Of a stretch of DNA of 64,000 nt, positions 58,504-64,000 are shown in pieces. Position numbers and translations under genes: made by a program. The notes beneath the pieces were generated by a model that was not told where the DNA came from, did not search any database, and was given only the letters and a program-made list of their open reading frames with translations. Numbering within the stretch: the first letter of the stretch is position 1; each line of letters begins with the position of its first letter. Source of the DNA: Alphaproteobacteria bacterium (GTDB taxonomy: Bacteria > Pseudomonadota > Alphaproteobacteria > CAAHEQ01 > UBA3637). The stretch is taken from the NCBI GenBank assembly GCA_045532865.1, contig JAZSGT010000028.1:18507-82506 (forward strand), given 5' to 3'.

Positions 58504-59001
58504 ATGGAAGTTGTAAAACTCTATCAGGTAGATGATTGGATTAAAGCTTATTTAAAATCTTGGGGATATGAAGATGATGAGCTTGTTCAAAAAATTTATG
58601 AGGAGCTTAAACAAAAAAGTTCAAAAAATATAACACCAGAATACGTGATGAATTATTTGGATACTTATGTAACGAATTATCTTGATTCAAATTTGGATAT
58701 TGCCTTAACAGGTGTTCAAAAATTAAATTATTTTAAAATGATTTTTTTAATAAATAAAGCCTACAAAAAATGTCAAATTTTTGATCAGATTTCTGAAGAA
58801 GAAAATTTGTTTTTAAGAAGTTGTTTTGAAAAAGAAAAATATCTTATCACACCAGATATTATTCCAGCAAATATGTTTAGGCAGAGTATCAAAACATTCC
58901 ATCCGATTTGGCAAATTAAAAAAGCAGTTGCTAAAAGTGTTCAAAAAATAATTATCCCATCTAAAAAAAGAAGTATAAAAAAAGAGGGTAAAAATGGATA
59001 A
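58504..59001 (+). CDS. hypothetical protein inserted between opgG and opgH
   Basis: 165-aa ORF with no competing frame; overlaps the opgH start by 8 nt. Confidence 0.4.
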   Translation: MEVVKLYQVDDWIKAYLKSWGYEDDELVQKIYEELKQKSSKNITPEYVMNYLDTYVTNYLDSNLDIALTGVQKLNYFKMIFLINKAYKKCQIFDQISEEENLFLRSCFEKEKYLITPDIIPANMFRQSIKTFHPIWQIKKAVAKSVQKIIIPSKKRSIKKEGKNG

Positions 59002-61033
59002 CGAATATATCATTTTATCTGATATCAACAAAAGACAAGTTTTATTTAGACGAATTGTCCTTTTTGGATTGGTTTTAATAAGTGTTATTTTTGCAACAAT
59101 CAAATGGGCTTTGTTTATTCCAAGTGATTTGAACCAGTTTTTAAGATATGGTTTGATTTTTTTGTTTTGTGCTACATTTGGGTGGATTTCGCTTTACTTC
59201 TGGTCAAGTATTTTTGGTTTTTTTGAGCTACTGAGACGCAAAAAAATGCCAGGGATAAAAAGAGCTCCTGCGCACAAAAGGTTAACAACAAAAACAGCTA
59301 TTTTAATGCCTGTTTATAATGAAAATCCATTAAATGTGTATGCAAATTTATTGGCTATGGCAAGGGATTTGGAAAAAACAGGACAAGAAACAGCTTTTGA
59401 TTTTTTTGTGTTAAGTGATACAACAAAACCAGATGTGTGGGTGCAAGAAGAAGCTCTTTGGTTGGAAATTAAAAAGAAGTTTCCTAAAAATATTTCAATT
59501 TATTATCGTCACAGGCCTAAAAATACGGCAAGAAAAAGTGGTAACATCGAAGACTTTTGTGTCAGATGGGGACGTCATTATGATTTTATGATTGTTTTGG
59601 ATGCAGATAGTTTGATGACGGGTTCAACCGTTGTTCAAATGGCACAGTTGATGGAAGTAAACACAACAACAGGTATTATTCAGGCTCCTCCAATGATTAT
59701 TAATACAAACAGTTGGTTTGCACGTGTGCAACAATTTGCAGGTCGTGTTTATGGTCCAATTGTAAGTGCTGGTTTGGCTTATTGGCAAGTTTGGGATAGT
59801 AACTATTGGGGGCATAATGCCATTATCAGAGTTAAAGCTTTTATTGAAAGCTGTGGGTTACCTGTTTTCCCTGGCCAAGCTCCTTTTGGTGGGCATATTT
59901 TGAGCCATGACTTTGTTGAGGCGGCCCTTATCAGAAGAGATGGTTGGCTTGCTTGGATGCTTCCTGAGTTAAAAGGTAGTTATGAAGAATGTCCTCCGTC
60001 TATGATTGATTTTGCCGTGCGAGATCGCCGTTGGTGCCAAGGTAATTTGCAGCATTTAAGGATTTTATTTTCAAAAAAATTACACCCAGTGTCAAGAATT
60101 CACTTTACTATGGGGATTATGTCTTATTTATCCTCCCCATTGTGGTTTTTATTTTTGTTGTTTGGTCTTGGGATAGCTTTGTGGCGCGAGTTTTTTCCTC
60201 CAGAATATTTTTCTGATACAAAAACGCTTTTTCCATCTTGGCCGGTGTTTGATTTTTTTGGGACAATAATGCTTTTTGCTTTATCCATGGGGATGCTTTT
60301 TTTACCAAAAATACTTGGATTTTTGATTGTTCTTATTCAAACACCTAAAAAGAAAACATACGGTGGTTATTGGGGGTTATGCAAAACGTTTTTTGTTGAA
60401 ACCTTATTTAGTGCAATGACTGCTCCAATTATGATGTTGTTTCAAACAAAAATTGTATTTGATATTTTAATGGGCTTTGATGCTGGCTGGTCGTCTCAAA
60501 ATAGAGATACAAAAGGTACTTCTTGGTCTGAGGCATTTAAAAGACACTATATTCATACGGCTCTTGGAATTGCTACAACAATTATAGTTTATTTATATGC
60601 TAATAGCTTATTTTATTGGATATTACCAATTACAGTTGGGTTAATCTTGTCTATTCCAATTTCTGTTTTTTCTTCTAGGGAAACAACAGGGTTGTGGGCA
60701 AAAAGGCATAAACTATTTTTAATTCCAGAAGAATATAAAAAACCAACAATTTTAAGAATGGCAGAAGAGGCTTGTGAAGAACTTTCGCTTGTTGCTCCTT
60801 GTGAAAAGGGTATCCATTTGTTGTTGAAAAATCCAATATACAGAGCGTTGCATATTTATATGTTGTCGGTGAATTCGCCAACTCCTGATTTTAATGCAGA
60901 GGTGGAAAAAAGTACTCTTAAAAAAGTGCAGCTATATGCGAACACCCATCAATTGGATTTATCTCCTGATGAAGTAAAATATTGTCTTTATCAACCAGCT
61001 TTGTTAGAGGGAATGGCTCTTTTATCAGCTTAA
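58994..61033 (+). CDS. opgH: glucans biosynthesis glucosyltransferase H
   Basis: GT2 motifs (FMIVLDADS, QxxRW-like RDRRWCQGNLQH); multiple TM helices. Confidence 0.85.
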   Translation: MDNEYIILSDINKRQVLFRRIVLFGLVLISVIFATIKWALFIPSDLNQFLRYGLIFLFCATFGWISLYFWSSIFGFFELLRRKKMPGIKRAPAHKRLTTKTAILMPVYNENPLNVYANLLAMARDLEKTGQETAFDFFVLSDTTKPDVWVQEEALWLEIKKKFPKNISIYYRHRPKNTARKSGNIEDFCVRWGRHYDFMIVLDADSLMTGSTVVQMAQLMEVNTTTGIIQAPPMIINTNSWFARVQQFAGRVYGPIVSAGLAYWQVWDSNYWGHNAIIRVKAFIESCGLPVFPGQAPFGGHILSHDFVEAALIRRDGWLAWMLPELKGSYEECPPSMIDFAVRDRRWCQGNLQHLRILFSKKLHPVSRIHFTMGIMSYLSSPLWFLFLLFGLGIALWREFFPPEYFSDTKTLFPSWPVFDFFGTIMLFALSMGMLFLPKILGFLIVLIQTPKKKTYGGYWGLCKTFFVETLFSAMTAPIMMLFQTKIVFDILMGFDAGWSSQNRDTKGTSWSEAFKRHYIHTALGIATTIIVYLYANSLFYWILPITVGLILSIPISVFSSRETTGLWAKRHKLFLIPEEYKKPTILRMAEEACEELSLVAPCEKGIHLLLKNPIYRALHIYMLSVNSPTPDFNAEVEKSTLKKVQLYANTHQLDLSPDEVKYCLYQPALLEGMALLSA

Positions 61034-61630
61034 TTATTCAAATACTTTGATTCGTTTTTGAATTTCTAAAAAGGTTTTTTCATCAGCTGGTTTTTCGACA
61101 CTGCCAAAATTCATTTGAGCAAGCAATTTCCAAGAAGCAGGGGGAGAAAATGTTTTTTGAACATAATCGTCGACGAGGGGATTATAATGTTGTAAATTAG
61201 CCCCTAATCCCAGTTCTGTTAAAGCAAGCCAGACGCAATATTGAAGCATTCCTGCAGATTGCATACTCCAAATAGGGAAGTTATCGGCATAGAGAGAAAA
61301 TTTTTTTTGCAACATTTGAATGGTATGTTGTTCTTCAAAAAAAAGAATAGAGCCGATTCCTTTTGAAAAAGAAGTTAATTTTTCTTTTGTTTTTTCAAAT
61401 TGCTCAGGAGGGGTTATTTTTTTGAGCGTATTTTTGGTTGAAATCCAAAATTGTTTGTATGGTTCGTTAAAAAGAACAATAACACGACCAGTTTGGGAAT
61501 TAAAAGCTGTAGGGGTTTGTTTTAAACAGTCACAAATGGTTTGAACAATCTCTTGAGGGGAGATGTCACTCTTTTTTCCTAAATGATAGATTGATCTTCT
61601 TGATTTGATGAGAGAGATAAAATCTGACAT
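61034..61630 (-). CDS. nitroreductase-family protein
   Basis: MSDFISLIKSRRSIYHL nitroreductase N-terminus; AGGAGG RBS; the upstream in-frame extension is hydrophobic junk and was rejected. Confidence 0.7.
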   Translation of the reverse strand: MSDFISLIKSRRSIYHLGKKSDISPQEIVQTICDCLKQTPTAFNSQTGRVIVLFNEPYKQFWISTKNTLKKITPPEQFEKTKEKLTSFSKGIGSILFFEEQHTIQMLQKKFSLYADNFPIWSMQSAGMLQYCVWLALTELGLGANLQHYNPLVDDYVQKTFSPPASWKLLAQMNFGSVEKPADEKTFLEIQKRIKVFE

Positions 61631-61815
61631 ATTGCCTCCTTTTGGTTGTTTATAAAAAAGATAGAGCATAACGTTTTGAAAATCAATATAGATTTTATAA
61701 CTAAAAATAATGTAAAAACATAATAAATTCAAAGGGAAATAAAAAAAACATAAAAACAATAAAAAAAGTATTGCATTTTTTAAAATAAAAGTGTATAAAT
61801 ACAACATCTTACGAT

Positions 61816-61891
61816 GACCCCATCGTCTAGAGGCCTAGGACATCGCCCTTTCACGGCGGTAACCGGGGTTCGAATCCCCGTGGGGTCGCCA
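61816..61891 (+). tRNA. tRNA-Glu (anticodon TTC), CCA encoded
   Basis: GACCCCATCGTCTAGAGGCCTAGGACATCGCCCTTTCACGGCGGTAACCGGGGTTCGAATCCCCGTGGGGTCGCCA. Confidence 0.9.
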
Positions 61892-62181
61892 ATAAAAACC
61901 ACCGAAGGGTGGTTTTTTTTATGGCGAAATTCAAACGGGGGCAAGAACCCCATAGGTGTTCAGTCGCGAAGCGTAAGCGAAGTGGACGCCAGAGGTGGTC
62001 CGAAAGGACGAGCGTTAAGCTCGCAATCCTCAGTGGGGTCGTGGGTAAAAACCACCGAAGGGTGGTTTTTTTTATGGCGAATTTCAAACGGGGGCAAGAA
62101 CACCATAGGGGTTCGGTCACGAAGCGTAAGCGAAGTGGACGCCGAAAGGCGGTCCGAAGGGACGAGCGTTAAGCTCGCAAT
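61876..62181. repeat. tandem direct repeat (2 copies of about 153 bp, roughly 90% identical): tRNA-Glu 3'-end remnant, terminator hairpin, and a ~105-nt GC-rich element
   Basis: Copy 1 spans 61876-62027 and copy 2 spans 62028-62181. The second terminator copy is at 62047-62075. Each copy's element includes a GTCC-GNRA-GGAC hairpin. Confidence 0.8.
61893..61921 (+). terminator. rho-independent terminator after tRNA-Glu
   Basis: aaaaaccaccgaagggtggtttttttt. Confidence 0.8.
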
Positions 62182-62204
62182 TTACATATTCTGATTATAA
62201 AATA

Positions 62205-62237
62205 AAGAAACTGCCTGAAAAGGCAGTTTCTTTATTG
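62205..62237. terminator. bidirectional terminator (ends ettA on the minus strand)
   Basis: aaagaaactgcc tgaaaa ggcagtttcttt. Confidence 0.75.
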
Positions 62238-62243
62238 GGTAGA

Positions 62244-63923
62244 TTATCTGGAGATTGGTTTGTATTTGATGCGATGTGGTTGATCTGCATCTGCCCCTAA
62301 TCTGCGTTTTTTGTCAGCTTCATATTCTTCATAGTTACCTTCAAAATAAACAACTTGACTATCGCCTTCAAAAGCAAGAATATGAGTTGCTAATCTGTCT
62401 AGGAACCATCTGTCGTGTGATGTGATAACAGCGCAGCCAGGGAAGTTCATTAATGCTTCTTCCAATGCGCGCAATGTATCAACATCTAAGTCGTTTGTAG
62501 GTTCGTCAAGCAAAAGAACGTTTGCTCCTTGTTTAAGCATTTTTGCCATGTGCACGCGATTGCGTTCACCACCAGAAAGTTGGCCAACTTTCTTTTGTTG
62601 ATCTGGACCTTTAAAGTTGAATTGTGAAACATATCCACGAGAGTTCACTTCACGTTTGCCAAGTGTTAAAATATCTTTTCCTTCGGAAATTTCTTGCCAG
62701 ACAGTTTTGTTATCATCAAGAGCATCTCTTGATTGATCGACATATCCAAGAGAAACAGTTTCACCCACTCTGAATGAGCCACTATCTGGTTGTTCTTGAC
62801 CTGTGATAATTTTCATCAATGTGGTTTTCCCAGCGCCATTTGGACCAATGATACCGACGATACCCCCAGCAGGTAATTTGAATGAAAGATTTTCAAATAA
62901 TAATTTTTCACCATAAGCTTTTGTGAGATTTTCAGCTTCTAAAACAACTTGCCCCAATCTTGGACCAGCAGGAATGATAATCTGAGCGACTTCTGGTGCT
63001 TTTTCTCTTTCTTGTGATTTTTTAAGCAATTCTTCATAAGCTGTGATACGTGCTTTTGATTTTGCTTGACGGGCTTTTGGAGATTGACGCACCCATTCAA
63101 GTTCTTCTTTTAATGTTTTTTGACGGTTGTTGTCGGCATTTTGCTCTTGTTCCATTCGTTTTTGTTTTTGTTCAAGCCAACTTGTGTAGTTTCCTTCAAA
63201 AGGAATGCCTTCACCACGGTCCATTTCCAAAATCCAACCAGTTACATTGTCAAGGAAGTATCTGTCGTGTGTTACCATAACAACAGTACCTGTGTAATTT
63301 TTTAAGAATACTTGTAACCAAGCAACAGATTCTGCATCCAAGTGGTTTGTAGGTTCGTCAAGTAAAAGCATGTCTGGTTTTGATAATAATAAGCGACATA
63401 AGGCAACACGGCGTTTTTCACCACCAGAAAGTTTTGTTACATCTGCATCGGCAGGTGGGCAACGAAGAGCATCCATGGCAATTTCAATTGTGCGTTCTAA
63501 TTCCCACCCATTACAAGCATCAATTTTTTCTTGCAATTCGGCTTGTTCAGCTAAAAGAGCGTCCATATCAGCATCTGGATCAGCAAATTTCATATTCACT
63601 TCTTCAAATCGTGCAAGTAAATCTCTAATTTCTCCAACACCATCCATGATGTTGCCCATGACGTCTTTTGAAGGGTCGAGTTGAGGTTCTTGAGGCAGAT
63701 ATCCAACTTTAACACCATCTGCTGCAAAAGCTTCGCCTGTGAAATCTTGATCTAGACCTGCCATAATTTTAATAAGTGTTGATTTACCAGCACCATTTGG
63801 ACCGATAACACCAATTTTTGCCCCTGGGAAGAATGAAAGCCAAATATGTTTTAACACCTCTTTTCCACCAGGGAATGTTTTGCACAAATCTTTCATGACA
63901 TAAATGTATTGATATGAAGCCAT
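62244..63923 (-). CDS. ettA: energy-dependent translational throttle protein EttA (ABC-F ATPase)
   Basis: Two ABC cassettes (GPNGAGKST twice, LSGGE twice); the EttA N-terminal region; 559 aa. Confidence 0.9.
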   Translation of the reverse strand: MASYQYIYVMKDLCKTFPGGKEVLKHIWLSFFPGAKIGVIGPNGAGKSTLIKIMAGLDQDFTGEAFAADGVKVGYLPQEPQLDPSKDVMGNIMDGVGEIRDLLARFEEVNMKFADPDADMDALLAEQAELQEKIDACNGWELERTIEIAMDALRCPPADADVTKLSGGEKRRVALCRLLLSKPDMLLLDEPTNHLDAESVAWLQVFLKNYTGTVVMVTHDRYFLDNVTGWILEMDRGEGIPFEGNYTSWLEQKQKRMEQEQNADNNRQKTLKEELEWVRQSPKARQAKSKARITAYEELLKKSQEREKAPEVAQIIIPAGPRLGQVVLEAENLTKAYGEKLLFENLSFKLPAGGIVGIIGPNGAGKTTLMKIITGQEQPDSGSFRVGETVSLGYVDQSRDALDDNKTVWQEISEGKDILTLGKREVNSRGYVSQFNFKGPDQQKKVGQLSGGERNRVHMAKMLKQGANVLLLDEPTNDLDVDTLRALEEALMNFPGCAVITSHDRWFLDRLATHILAFEGDSQVVYFEGNYEEYEADKKRRLGADADQPHRIKYKPISR

Positions 63924-64000
63924 TTTTTATCCTTTCCTTATAATAAAATTTATCTGGTTATACCAATAAATCTAAAAAAAATCAATATAATTTATTAAAT

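Noticed and set aside
61924-62026. SRP (4.5S) RNA assignment for the repeat element
   Set aside because: Only the GNRA-capped helix resembles domain IV. The helix sits near the 3' end rather than at the apex of a long 5'/3'-paired hairpin, so the resemblance is kept as a note only.
61876-62181. CRISPR array possibility for the tandem repeat
   Set aside because: There are only two long (~153 bp) units, they contain a tRNA fragment, there are no short unique spacers, and there are no cas genes.
61814-62194. ORFs 61814-62194 (+), 61909-62172 (+) and 61851-62120 (-)
   Set aside because: They run through tRNA-Glu, its terminator and the tandem repeat. Their repeated peptide sequence is a by-product of the DNA duplication.
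1-64000. Mobile elements, prophage or integrase
   Set aside because: No transposase-, integrase- or phage-like ORFs. The only integration-like signal is the tRNA-Glu 3'-end duplication, which has no cargo between the copies.

Overview
The window reads as chromosomal core DNA from an AT-rich alphaproteobacterium, probably a Rickettsiales- or Holosporales-like intracellular lineage. That placement is inference from four observations: yidC is followed by engB, DUF3126 and IalB-like genes are present, the RNase P RNA is type A, and protein-coding regions are strongly AT-biased. About 60 protein-coding genes are supported. They are mostly housekeeping: uvrC, pgsA, nagB, fabD, murJ, dusA, a long-form leuA, parC, rlmN, fabI, alaS, metG, trpB, upp, rplM-rpsI, rpmH-rnpA-yidD-yidC-engB, mnmE-mnmG, mscL, opgG-opgH and ettA. 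Four structural RNAs are present. They are a tRNA-Met(CAT) with the initiator-type C1/A72 mismatch on the minus strand, tRNA-Pro(TGG) on the minus strand, an RNase P RNA (rnpB) directly upstream of tRNA-Pro on the minus strand, and tRNA-Glu(TTC) on the plus strand. No transposase, integrase, CRISPR array or phage module was seen.

The most unusual locus lies between a nitroreductase gene and fabI at 26787-30892. It has its own sigma70-like promoter and a terminator, and it encodes two large cysteine-rich secreted proteins built from CC doublets. The first is 924 aa and begins with a type IV prepilin-like cleavage and N-methylation segment (G|RSMLEMLSVLAILGILS, with Glu at +5). The second is 390 aa with a Sec signal peptide and a near-identical Cys module at both ends. 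I do not recognise either as a described family, so this is the candidate for an undescribed surface or pilus-associated system.

Other points worth a second look:
- A 22-codon leader ORF with tandem Trp codons and a hairpin overlapping its stop lies upstream of an orphan trpB.
- A roughly 153-bp unit is tandemly duplicated just downstream of tRNA-Glu. Each copy carries a tRNA 3'-end remnant, a terminator and a GC-rich element of about 105 nt.
- A GC-rich structured island sits next to tRNA-fMet.
- The AlaRS is compact, lacking both the beta-barrel linker and the C-Ala domain.
- MscL carries a C-terminal CPCC...CPNC zinc-ribbon-like tail.
- An ADP-ribosylglycohydrolase is paired with a large HExxH protein.
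- One gene near 38.3-38.8 kb is probably frameshifted.
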